Below, one piece after another: positions 52,367 through 61,703 of a DNA stretch of 64,000 bases. Below the pieces are notes generated by a model that saw only the letters and a list, made by a program, of their open reading frames with translations, did no database searches and was not told where the DNA came from. The position numbers were made by a program, and so were the translations under genes. Origin of the DNA: Candidatus Poribacteria bacterium. GTDB taxonomy: Bacteria > Poribacteria > WGA-4E > WGA-3G. Numbering within the stretch: the stretch's first letter is position 1; each line of letters starts with the position of its first letter. The DNA is taken from positions 1 through 64,000 of the forward strand of contig OZ244048.1 of NCBI GenBank assembly GCA_965215265.1, read 5' to 3'.

Positions 52367-53638
52367 ATGAAAAAAGATCAAAACTATGACATCACTGTTA
52401 TAGGCGGCGGCCCCGCCGGAAGCACCGTTGCAGCCCTTGTTGCAGAGCAAGGGTATCGTGTCTTGCTGCTCGAACGTGAACCACAACCGAGTTTCAAAAT
52501 AGGCGAATCGCTCATCCCGGCAACATACTGGACGTTTAAACGGCTTGGGGTTCTTGACAAACTGCGAACGAGCCACTTTCCCAAAAAGTACAGTGTGCAA
52601 TTCTACTCACGCAACGGAAAAGCCTCTACACCGTTCTACTTCTTTGAAACGAACCCGCATGAAAGTGCTGTGACTTGGCAAGTTTTGCGGAGTGAATTCG
52701 ATCAGATGCTTCTTGAGAATGCTGAAGAAAAAGGAGCGGAAATTCGACGAGGCATGAGAGTAAACGACGTGCTCTTTGAGGGTAACAAGGCGGTCGGCGT
52801 TGTTATCTCGCCCGCACGGCGAGATGCGCGGTGCGAAATCATTCACGCCTCTGTCATCGTTGATTCCACGGGGCAGCGTTCTCTCCTCGGAAGGCAGTTA
52901 AACCTAAACGCGACGGAACCGAACTTAAAAATGGCATCCCTCTTTACCCATTTTGAAGGGGCACACCGCGATACGGGAATTGACGAGGGTGCGACGCTTA
53001 TCCTGCACACCAAGGCGAAGGAATCTTGGTTCTGGTCGATTCCGCTTCCTTACAACTGCACAAGCATTGGCGTTGTCGGGGAATTAGGATATCTGCTTCA
53101 GAATCGCAGGGATTCTAATGGAAAACTGGATGCACAGAAAATATTCGACGAAGAGTTGGAGAAGTGTCCAGCATTGAAGCAACGCCTTAACGGTGCAAAG
53201 CAGCTTTTTGGGATAAAGACGACCAAGGATTTCTCCTATCGCGCCAAACGTATTGCAGGCAATGGGTGGGTTTTGGTAGGAGATGCATTCGGATTTCTAG
53301 ATCCGGTTTATTCAACGGGGCTGTTTTTGGCCCTGAAATCCGGCGAGATGGCAGCTGATGCAATTATGGAAGCGTTTAAAAAGAACGACTTTTCTGAGGC
53401 GCGGTTGGGAAATTTCGGACCGACATTTGTTAAGGGCATGGAAGCGTTCCGGAAATTAGTTTACGCCTTCTATACAAAGGAATTTAGTTTCGCCCGGTTC
53501 CTCGCACAACATCCGGAGCAGCAGGATAATATCATTGATATTCTCAGTGGAGATGTCTTTAGAAAAGACGTAACTTCCCTTTTTCCGGCGATGGCAGAGA
53601 TGTGCCAACTTCCGCCGGACATCCAGTTAATACCGTAG
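52367..53638 (+). CDS. FAD-dependent halogenase-like oxidoreductase (CndH/PltA/CmlS type)
   Basis: GGGPAGS, KIGESL, FPKKY lysine, WFWSIP (WxWxIP), GDAFGFLDPVYSTG. Confidence 0.82.
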   Translation: MKKDQNYDITVIGGGPAGSTVAALVAEQGYRVLLLEREPQPSFKIGESLIPATYWTFKRLGVLDKLRTSHFPKKYSVQFYSRNGKASTPFYFFETNPHESAVTWQVLRSEFDQMLLENAEEKGAEIRRGMRVNDVLFEGNKAVGVVISPARRDARCEIIHASVIVDSTGQRSLLGRQLNLNATEPNLKMASLFTHFEGAHRDTGIDEGATLILHTKAKESWFWSIPLPYNCTSIGVVGELGYLLQNRRDSNGKLDAQKIFDEELEKCPALKQRLNGAKQLFGIKTTKDFSYRAKRIAGNGWVLVGDAFGFLDPVYSTGLFLALKSGEMAADAIMEAFKKNDFSEARLGNFGPTFVKGMEAFRKLVYAFYTKEFSFARFLAQHPEQQDNIIDILSGDVFRKDVTSLFPAMAEMCQLPPDIQLIP

Positions 53639-53740
53639 ACGATTTCTTAGCAGAACTTCTTTTTCAGTCCCAGTGGAGTGGCATGTGACGCGTCAACCGA
53701 AACTTATGGGTAATAGTAAACTAATTTGTAAGGAGAGCAC

Positions 53741-54712
53741 ATGAAAATAATTACAAACGTTATAACCGTAATCTGTCTCATCTCAGCGTTATCCATTAAC
53801 ATGGGGTGCGACAACAGTGCTAAGCGCCGCTATATCAGCATCGGGACTGCTCCTGCCGGAGGCGCGTTTTTTCCCGTGGGTGGTGCAATTGCAGAGGTTG
53901 TTGGTAGTAACCCTCCGGAGAAAAATTGGGAAGTTACTGCTGAAGCGACGAAAGGGACGCAGGAAAATATCCGACATCTTGTGAATGGTGATTTAGAATT
54001 CGCACTTGCGAACGCGGCAATTTCTTATTTTGCTGTGCGCGGTGAAGGTGTGTGGGGAGAACCACACAATATCCGCGTAGTCATGACACTTGCTCCGAAT
54101 GTTGCACTGTTTGTCACACCAAAATCCTCGGGCATCCAAACAATTGCCGATTTGAAAGGCAAACGTGTCGTTGTAGGTCCCGCCGGGGCAGGTTTTGAAC
54201 ATTTCCTTCAGCCTCTACTCGCTGAGCACGGTGTTACATATAAGGATTTTACCGACATTAACAGTACTTACATCGGTGCCGTGGATCTGCTTGCTGACGG
54301 TTCAGCCGCTGCAGCGTTCATGGGTGGGGCAATTCCGACCCCTGCTGTTATCCAAGCCTCTACATCTCAAGACATATTTTTGATTCCGTTTGATGACTCG
54401 GCAACACGGTCACTGTTTAAAAAGTATCCCTTCTTTAATGCAATTACCCTTCCCGCTAATACTTATAAGGGTCAGACCGAACCGTTTGCAACCATGAATG
54501 TAGGCGCGATGCACCTTATCACTTCCGAGAAGGTCGATGAATCCCTCGTCTATCAATTTACCAAGGTTCTGTACACAAATCGTGCGGAAGTTGTCAAACG
54601 TCATGGAGCCGGCAAGGCAATTAATCCGAAAAATGTTGTGAAAAATACCGGCACGCCTTTTCATCCGGGGGCTATCCGTTTTTATCGTGAAATTGGTATT
54701 TGGACCGAATGA
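53741..54712 (+). CDS. TAXI family TRAP transporter solute-binding lipoprotein
   Basis: Lipobox [36 protein letters not shown]. Confidence 0.92.
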   Translation: MKIITNVITVICLISALSINMGCDNSAKRRYISIGTAPAGGAFFPVGGAIAEVVGSNPPEKNWEVTAEATKGTQENIRHLVNGDLEFALANAAISYFAVRGEGVWGEPHNIRVVMTLAPNVALFVTPKSSGIQTIADLKGKRVVVGPAGAGFEHFLQPLLAEHGVTYKDFTDINSTYIGAVDLLADGSAAAAFMGGAIPTPAVIQASTSQDIFLIPFDDSATRSLFKKYPFFNAITLPANTYKGQTEPFATMNVGAMHLITSEKVDESLVYQFTKVLYTNRAEVVKRHGAGKAINPKNVVKNTGTPFHPGAIRFYREIGIWTE

Positions 54713-55208
54713 ACCAGATCTGCGTAAACAAAGGAACCTTCCGGACCTTTCAGCTTGACGTGCGCGGTGGGATAAAAGAGTTGTCAAAAATCAGTACAAT
54801 TATTAAAATCGCATTGGGCAGTATCGCCGGTTTCTCTCTGCTTGTGGGTGGTATTGGCATTATGAACATGATGTTGGTGGCTGTCGGGGAATGGACCCGT
54901 GAGTTCGGGTTGCGCAGGGCACTCGGCGCGAAACGCTTGGATATTCTCTTACAGTTTTTGAGCGAAGCTATGATGATGTGTAGTATTGGCGGCGTGCTTG
55001 GAGTGGGGTGAGGCGTTGTCTTCAGCAAAGGGCTGGCGTATCTGGCGGTGCGAATTGCGAAGATAGTACCCAATGGCCCGCGGTTCTCTCGCTGGAGTGG
55101 GTGCTGATTTCGGTCTCTTTTTCCGCGTTCCTTGGCATTTGCTTCGGCTTGTATCCTGCAATAAAAGCGACGCGACTGTCACCTATTGAAGCATTGCGCG
55201 CTGAGTAA
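54709..55208 (+). pseudogene. MacB/FtsX-type ABC permease C-terminal remnant
   Basis: [28 protein letters not shown]...QFL.E; internal TGA and a frameshift before GLYPAIKATRLSPIEALR. Confidence 0.85.
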
Positions 55209-55237
55209 TCAGAATCAGAAAAAAATTAGTAAAAAAC

Positions 55238-55266
55238 TTGACAATCCTTCTATTTTGTGGTATTAT
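55238..55266 (+). promoter_or_regulatory. sigma70 promoter of the tRNA pair
   Basis: TTGACA, 17 bp spacer, TG extension, TATTAT. Confidence 0.8.
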
Positions 55267-55290
55267 TATATAGTCTAATATAATTCTGAT

Positions 55291-55363
55291 GCCGAGATAG
55301 CTCAGTCGGTAGAGCAGTAGACTGAAAATCTATGTGTCGGCAGTTCGATTCTGCCTCTCGGCA
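55291..55363 (+). tRNA. tRNA-Phe(GAA)
   Basis: GCCGAGA/TCTCGGC acceptor stem, AGCTCAGTCGGTAGAGC D-arm, CTGAAAA anticodon loop, GTTCGATT T-loop; CCA not encoded. Confidence 0.96.
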
Positions 55364-55371
55364 TTTCCGCA

Positions 55372-55443
55372 GCCGGTGTAGCTCAGTGGAAGAGCAACTG
55401 ATTCGTAATCAGTAGGTCGGAGGTTCAAATCCTCTCATCGGCT
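55372..55443 (+). tRNA. tRNA-Thr(CGT)
   Basis: GCCGGTG/CATCGGC acceptor stem, ACTGA-TTCGTAA-TCAGT anticodon arm, GTTCAAAT T-loop; CCA not encoded. Confidence 0.95.
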
Positions 55444-55608
55444 TTTCTTTATTTTTGAGGTTTTTTTGTTAAAAAATGATACAATTCTTGTCCGTCCGAC
55501 CACTGATGTATTGCATGTGATTACTTTTGCGACTTATATTGCGCCTTTCCTTGTGGCTTACTCGTACGCAGAAGTTCCTGCATCGCCATGACAGTTCTGT
55601 TGCCAGCC

Positions 55609-56709
55609 TTATTCTGCTTCATACGCCAGATCTTCTTCAAGAGATTTGATATTCGCCAGGACTGTGGGATGTGGTTCTAGTTCATAGACTTTTCGATACA
55701 TTTCTAGAGCGGCTGCTTTGTCGTCGAGGAAGCCGGCATAAATTTCGCCCATCCGTTCCCATGCGCGAACTTCTTCCGGATCAAGTTGTACAATCCGTTC
55801 ATAAACTTCGAGAGCGTCTGCGTATGGACGCGTTTCTGCTTCGCGCTCAAGTGCCGTGGCACGAGCAAAGAGGAGAGCGATGAGGGCATCTTTGGCTTCT
55901 ATCATATCCTGTTGTTTTGTAACCGCCTCTTCTAACAACAGGATTGCCTGAGTTTCCAGCATCGTTATCTGTTCCATATCCTTTTCCGTGAATTCCCTAT
56001 CCAAGAATCGATAATTTTGAAGCATTCTGCTGTATGTTCGTGAGAGTTGAAGGCGGGCCAACACGCCGATCGGTGCTTTTTCAGACGAAATATCTTGTAG
56101 ATGCGGGTCGTTTTCGATGGCTTGTTTATAGTGTGACGCTGCCTCTGCAAATTGTTTGTTTCCTTGGTACAGAACACCGAGGAGATAATGTGCTTCTGCA
56201 TTACCGGGATTTTTTTGTATGACTGCTAAGAATTGTTCTGCAGCTTCAGCAAGTAGGCCTTCATCGCGAAACAGTTTGCCGCGTAAGAGGCGAACATCTT
56301 GATGTTGAGGTTGGATACGTTCTGCATATTCCAAACGTGCCTTGGCATCTTCCAGCCAGCTGCTCTGTGAATAAATTTCAGCGAGACGTAGATTGGCATG
56401 CAGGCGTGCGGTATCGTTATTAGGAAATTTGGCTGACAGTAAATCGTTGATAGGTTCTGAGTCGAGTGCCTGCAGTGCCTGCCAATAGAGAAATACTGCG
56501 CTGGCAAGGTCTTGATTCTCAAAGTCAGCATCAGCTTTTTCTATGAAGGTTACTACTTGAGACAACGGTGGCGGTTCAGGTTCTGCCCCGCCTCTGCGTA
56601 TGAGGAAAGCTGCTAATACGACAAAACTAATAATTGCAACCGTTTCAGCGTAAAAAAGCCAATGCTGTAGTGACGGTCGCAAGCTGCGTGCTAAAAATGA
56701 TTTGAACAT
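55609..56709 (-). CDS. Membrane-anchored tetratricopeptide repeat protein
   Basis: N-terminal TM helix; TPR units (AEAHYLLGVLYQ...EAASHYKQAIENDP). Confidence 0.85.
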   Translation of the reverse strand: MFKSFLARSLRPSLQHWLFYAETVAIISFVVLAAFLIRRGGAEPEPPPLSQVVTFIEKADADFENQDLASAVFLYWQALQALDSEPINDLLSAKFPNNDTARLHANLRLAEIYSQSSWLEDAKARLEYAERIQPQHQDVRLLRGKLFRDEGLLAEAAEQFLAVIQKNPGNAEAHYLLGVLYQGNKQFAEAASHYKQAIENDPHLQDISSEKAPIGVLARLQLSRTYSRMLQNYRFLDREFTEKDMEQITMLETQAILLLEEAVTKQQDMIEAKDALIALLFARATALEREAETRPYADALEVYERIVQLDPEEVRAWERMGEIYAGFLDDKAAALEMYRKVYELEPHPTVLANIKSLEEDLAYEAE

Positions 56710-56777
56710 GTGAGTGCCTCTATTTCTTTGCCAGATGTGGAGGGGTATAACTTCGGAGATACCCGGCCGCATGTGAC

Positions 56778-58619
56778 TTATTGCTGCTCAATCTCCTCAA
56801 GCAGTTCGAGCATTTTTTCAGCATTGATAAATCCGGAGACGCGCTTGCGAATATTTTCCTGTGCGTCCATGAAAATGATGACAGGTAATCCGGGTATTTG
56901 ATACTTCTGTGTCAGGGCCTGTGTCGTCTTAGAGCTTCGAGTGAAGTCGAGTTTGATATTAACATAGTTCTCAAGTTTTGCAGCGACAGCTGGATCTGAG
57001 TAGGTTTCGTGGTCAAGTTCTTTGCAAGCGGCACACCAAGAAGCATAAAAGTCAAGCATCACCAATTTGTTTTCGCGTTTAGCTATCTCCAATCCTTCTG
57101 TTTCATCGTAAACCCAGTTAAGTTCGGGCCCGGCAGGTTGTTGAATTCCACCAATAAGCATATAACTGCCGAGTACAGCTAACAGAATACCGCAGGCTTT
57201 GCGGAGCTGCGTGCGGTGCGGAATGTCACTAAAACGTTGTGTCAACTTGCCAAGTAATAGCCCACTGACAATGAGCAACAAGGCGATTCCAAAAAATACG
57301 AGGGAATTCTGCAGGAAACTCTGCAACGGTTCAAATACATCTTTGAGGAAATAGAGTGCCATTGTTATGATAGCAATGCCGAAAAGATTTTCTAAGACAT
57401 ACATCCATCCGCCGGAACGAGGCAACGCAGAGAGCAGACCGGAGAAGGTCCCTATGCCGATAAATAGCAACCCCATGCCGAGTGCGTAGGTAAACATGAG
57501 CCAGAATCCGAGAAAAAGGCTGCCCGTTGTGGCTATGTAGGTTAAAACGACGGCTAAGGCAGGTCCAGTGCAAGGTGCAGCGATAACCCCGGCGACGGTG
57601 CCCATGGCGAATGCCCCGGCGAATCCGGTCCCGCCCACCGTGTTAAGACGACTCTGGATGGCGTACGGCAAGCGGAGCTCAAACACGCCTAGCATTGACA
57701 GCCCAAGTGATACGAGAATCACGCTAATAAAGCCGACAACCCACGGGTTTGCCATAATCTGGCCGAAGACTGCCCCGGTGGAGGCAACTGCTACGCCTAA
57801 AATGGCATAGGTAACGACGATGCCAAGCACATAGATAACAGAGAGTAAAAAGGACTTGAGAAGCCCTGTTGACTCATTTGCCCCGAAAATGGAGACGGTT
57901 ATCGGAATGAGTGGATACACACACGGTGTCAGACTAGTCAGGATGCCCCCTGCGAACACGAGTAGGAAGGCGAGCCAGACCTGTCCACCGGACAAGGCGC
58001 GTGCAAGGCTCCCTTTTTCTTCGCCTGGACTTGCACCCATCTCTGGAAGACTGCCGAATTTGAGAGTGGCGAAAATTGCATCATTTTCACGCCGGATAGG
58101 TTGATCGAGCCCTACCACTTCAATCGGAATCGGGATAGCAACCGTTTCCGGGAATAGACAGGCTTCATCACTACAAGCTTGGTAGCGCAGCTGCAGTGCC
58201 AAAGTTGTTGCTTCAAGGGGTGCAGTCTCACGCAATTCGGTTTGAATCCCGATAACCACCTCATCATGATACACAGGGGCTTTTCCGATTGATGCAATCT
58301 CAAGTATTTCCCCGGGTGGGTATACGACTTCTCCGAAGGTGAAATTGGAGGCCTCGGGTAAAAGCACCTCTGTCGGAATTAGATTCTGACCGGCAGGATT
58401 GGCATTCGCATGCCACCCCTCTGCAAACTGTATGACAATCGCAATTTGGAATTGACTACTGGGTTGTACTTTGTTAACTGAGAGGTACCCATTTGCGCTG
58501 AGTTTCTCAACTGCTGCATTCTCGGAAATCCCAAAATCAGTTAATTGTCCCCATGCGTTCATAGAGCTCGCTGTGTTCAGCACAAAGAACAAAATCCAAA
58601 GCAAATTTATCTTAGTCAT
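56778..58619 (-). CDS. dsbD: Protein-disulfide reductase DsbD
   Basis: N-terminal domain QACSDEAC, TM domain LTPCVYP and AAPCTGP, thioredoxin WCAAC. Confidence 0.94.
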   Translation of the reverse strand: MTKINLLWILFFVLNTASSMNAWGQLTDFGISENAAVEKLSANGYLSVNKVQPSSQFQIAIVIQFAEGWHANANPAGQNLIPTEVLLPEASNFTFGEVVYPPGEILEIASIGKAPVYHDEVVIGIQTELRETAPLEATTLALQLRYQACSDEACLFPETVAIPIPIEVVGLDQPIRRENDAIFATLKFGSLPEMGASPGEEKGSLARALSGGQVWLAFLLVFAGGILTSLTPCVYPLIPITVSIFGANESTGLLKSFLLSVIYVLGIVVTYAILGVAVASTGAVFGQIMANPWVVGFISVILVSLGLSMLGVFELRLPYAIQSRLNTVGGTGFAGAFAMGTVAGVIAAPCTGPALAVVLTYIATTGSLFLGFWLMFTYALGMGLLFIGIGTFSGLLSALPRSGGWMYVLENLFGIAIITMALYFLKDVFEPLQSFLQNSLVFFGIALLLIVSGLLLGKLTQRFSDIPHRTQLRKACGILLAVLGSYMLIGGIQQPAGPELNWVYDETEGLEIAKRENKLVMLDFYASWCAACKELDHETYSDPAVAAKLENYVNIKLDFTRSSKTTQALTQKYQIPGLPVIIFMDAQENIRKRVSGFINAEKMLELLEEIEQQ

Positions 58620-58644
58620 AATTCAGTTTCCTCATTTATCATAG

Positions 58645-60198
58645 TTACTTCGGTTCAAGTACAACACAAGGCAAGATCATCTCTTCTAGCGAAATGCCGC
58701 CGTGCTGGAAGCTGCCATCAAAGAGTTCTTTGTAGATATTAAACTGCGGCTCATAAACAAAATAGTAGTTCTCTTTCGCGAGGAGGTAGTGTGATGCTTC
58801 TTTGCTGCCGGGTAACCGATAGGCTTCGGGTTTTTTTATCATCAGGCCGGCTTCTGGATTGCAGAGAATATTCTTTCCCTCTTTAAACCTGAGTCCGGTG
58901 GAGAACTTGGAACGACTAGAAACTTTTACAGCATTTTGACAAAGCACAGAACCGTGGTCGGAGGTTAAGACGACAGTGATGCCGCGCTCAGCAGCGATTC
59001 TCAACATTTTATACAGAGCTGAATGTTGAAACCATGCTGGTATGAGCGTTCTAAACGCTTCCTCGTTGGGAATAAGTTGTTGAAGCAAAGGCACCTCACA
59101 CCGAGTATGCGTCAGCATATCCAGGAAGTCAATAACCAGTGCTGCTAAACTGACCTGTTCTACGGTGTTTAACCATTGAAGGTATTGTGCTTCTCCGCGA
59201 GCATCAAAAATTTTAAAGTAATGCGGAGGGGGTTTGAGAAGTATGCCATGCCGTTCGAGTTGTAAACGCATGAATTCCTTCTCATAACGGTTACCACTCG
59301 TAGGGGATTCATCTGTTCCGGCGTATAAATCGGGGTGTCTTTGTGCGAATTCACGTGGGAAAAGTCCACTAAAAATAGCATTGCGTGCATAACGAGTCGC
59401 TGTCGGGACAATAGAGTAGTAATAGTCTTTGGTGATGTAGAAGATCGGATAGAGGAGCGGTTCAATTTTTAACCAGTGGTCAAGGCGCATACAGTCGATG
59501 GTGACAAACAGTACTTTTTTTCCTGCTTGTATTTCCGGAATGACATACTTGTAAAAGATATCCACGGAGAAGGTCGGTGAATCTGCGCTCTCGATCCAAT
59601 GGCAGTAATTTTCCTCTATAGCCTTAGAGAAAGCGGCATTAGCTTCCTGTTTTTCCATGGTGTGGATATTTTTCAGTTCATCCGCGTTTTGAAGTACGTC
59701 AAGTTTGAGGTCCCACTCAACAAGATGTACGTATGTATCTACCCAGGCTTGCCAATCGTTTAAGTTGTGTTGTCCTAACGCGTGCTGTGTATTAAAGTTG
59801 TGTACGTATGCTTGCGGTGTGTGTGCTTCTCGCATTGCATTCTTTTTAAGGAAAAAAGTGAGACCCGCTGCCAACTGCTGTGGGCTTGTAGGCATGATTA
59901 AAACATCGTCGGCTTCATGCAGGTGAGCCTGAAGTTTCCCGTCCTTTATCAATAGGATGACCGGGATGTGGGCATCTTCTTTGCGGATGTGTGAAAGCAG
60001 ATGGTACCCGTTTAGTTTGGGTACATCCTGATTCAGAAGTACTGCGTTGTAGCTCCAGTCTCTGAGTAGCCCGATGCCCTCTTCAACGTTTGCTGTAAAT
60101 GACACGTCGTATCCTTGGTACTCTAAAAATCGAACGTACGGTTTCAACTCAGAAATCGTATTATCAATCCACAAAATCCTCCCTTTTTTCTCTTTCAT
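58645..60198 (-). CDS. porX: PorX-like receiver/PglZ alkaline-phosphatase-family protein
   Basis: IDCMR.DHW, PTATRYARNAIFSG, DMLTH, TSDHG, FQHGGISLEEM; N-terminal receiver fold is degenerate. Confidence 0.85.
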   Translation of the reverse strand: MKEKKGRILWIDNTISELKPYVRFLEYQGYDVSFTANVEEGIGLLRDWSYNAVLLNQDVPKLNGYHLLSHIRKEDAHIPVILLIKDGKLQAHLHEADDVLIMPTSPQQLAAGLTFFLKKNAMREAHTPQAYVHNFNTQHALGQHNLNDWQAWVDTYVHLVEWDLKLDVLQNADELKNIHTMEKQEANAAFSKAIEENYCHWIESADSPTFSVDIFYKYVIPEIQAGKKVLFVTIDCMRLDHWLKIEPLLYPIFYITKDYYYSIVPTATRYARNAIFSGLFPREFAQRHPDLYAGTDESPTSGNRYEKEFMRLQLERHGILLKPPPHYFKIFDARGEAQYLQWLNTVEQVSLAALVIDFLDMLTHTRCEVPLLQQLIPNEEAFRTLIPAWFQHSALYKMLRIAAERGITVVLTSDHGSVLCQNAVKVSSRSKFSTGLRFKEGKNILCNPEAGLMIKKPEAYRLPGSKEASHYLLAKENYYFVYEPQFNIYKELFDGSFQHGGISLEEMILPCVVLEPK

Positions 60199-60299
60199 TT
60201 AATTTCCCCTTTGGCTGAGTGCCTTAACCATGCATTTATTTTTGCTTCTGCTTCTGATGAGGCGTTTATGATATCCTCATAAAATTCTCCTCCGTCCAT

Positions 60300-61634
60300 T
60301 TAGATACCTGATACAAAACGCCCTGGATTCAACAAGCCCGCTGCATCAAACTTCGCTTTTACCTGCTTCATCAAGCGGAGTTTGTTGCCAACCGTTCCCC
60401 ACACGTCAATGAGCGCTTTAAATTCGTGCGGTGCTGACACTATAGTAAGGCTACCTTGTTTCATTATAACCTGTTGACGAAGCTGCGCTAATTTATCAGC
60501 TAGCGACTGCGGCGTTGTTCCGGAATGATCTGTCGGAATTCTGAGGTATAGCACGCCATTTCCGAGTAACGCCATCATCTCTCCGGCTTCTTTCTGTATC
60601 TGTTCAGCACATTCAGCAATATCCGTCCGTTTTAGGTGAATTTGGACAGATATGTGCTTGGCGATGCTGCTGCGTTGTGAAGCCTTCTGCGCGGGAAATT
60701 CATGAATAGCCTCCTGAAGCCGTTGGTACGATTCTTGTTCTTCTTCTATAATTGTCACACCTATCGCGCCATTTTGTTCCAGAATTCTGTCCGTTTCATT
60801 CAGCTGCCACGTGACCGTTTCAGAATCCCCTCCGAATCCGACTATCACCGTTGGATGCTTCTGTGAGAATTGATTGAACGCAGTATTCACAAATAGGTTG
60901 ACAAAAGTCGGTAGGGCCTGCGATTGCAAAATATTTAAGCCTGCGTTAGCTGCTTCCTTAACGTTTTTAAATTGGGCAATCAGTACTGCTTGTCGTGCCG
61001 GCAGCGGGGCTAACTTAAGCGTTAGTTCGGAAATGATACCGAGTGTTCCAAAGGAGCCGATGTACAGTTTATTAAGATCGTAGCCTGCAACATTTTTCAC
61101 GACTCTGCCGCCGCTTCTGACAACGGTGCCGTCTGCTAGAACCACTTGTAGGCCGAGGACTTGATTTCGAGCAGTGCCGTATCGTAGACGGAGCGAGCCG
61201 TTAGCATTTGCTGCGACGATGCCGCCGATGGTGCATTGTTCTGCATAAGGGGGATGCAGTGGCAGAAACTGTCCGTTTTGTGCTAGTTTTTTTTGCAGGG
61301 CAGCCAGCCGGATTCCTGCTTCCACGGTAACGGTTAAATCTGCGGGTTCATATTCTACCACGTCGTTGAGGCGCGTTGTCGAGAGCATGATATCTACTTT
61401 TGGTGGCAGGTTCCCGATGCCGAGTTTGGTACCGCTGCCTGTTGGAATAACAGAGAGGTGCCGGTTTGTCGCGTAACGCAGAACGTCTTGTATCTCCGGA
61501 ACAGATGCCGGTAAAACAACAGCCTTCGGGAGGAGGCCGTCAACCGTATAAGATGGTAGCTGCGCCTCCGGTAAGATGCCTACTTCCCCAACAATTGGCT
61601 TAAGCTCATTGTGCAATGCACCTGAAGTTTCCAT
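60300..61634 (-). CDS. glcE: Glycolate oxidase FAD-binding subunit GlcE-like
   Basis: EYEPADLTVTVEAG, TIGGIVA, GGRVVKNVAGYDL, GSFGTLG, LNPGRF. Confidence 0.88.
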   Translation of the reverse strand: METSGALHNELKPIVGEVGILPEAQLPSYTVDGLLPKAVVLPASVPEIQDVLRYATNRHLSVIPTGSGTKLGIGNLPPKVDIMLSTTRLNDVVEYEPADLTVTVEAGIRLAALQKKLAQNGQFLPLHPPYAEQCTIGGIVAANANGSLRLRYGTARNQVLGLQVVLADGTVVRSGGRVVKNVAGYDLNKLYIGSFGTLGIISELTLKLAPLPARQAVLIAQFKNVKEAANAGLNILQSQALPTFVNLFVNTAFNQFSQKHPTVIVGFGGDSETVTWQLNETDRILEQNGAIGVTIIEEEQESYQRLQEAIHEFPAQKASQRSSIAKHISVQIHLKRTDIAECAEQIQKEAGEMMALLGNGVLYLRIPTDHSGTTPQSLADKLAQLRQQVIMKQGSLTIVSAPHEFKALIDVWGTVGNKLRLMKQVKAKFDAAGLLNPGRFVSGI

Positions 61635-61703
61635 GTGCTATCTCATTCTCCGTCCAAATTATCGTTGTCAACAGAAAAGCGAAAAATGCAGTTGAGACAT
61701 CAG

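Noticed and set aside
55291-55443. tRNA-anchored integrative element
   Set aside because: No integrase gene and no duplicated tRNA 3' end were seen in the window.
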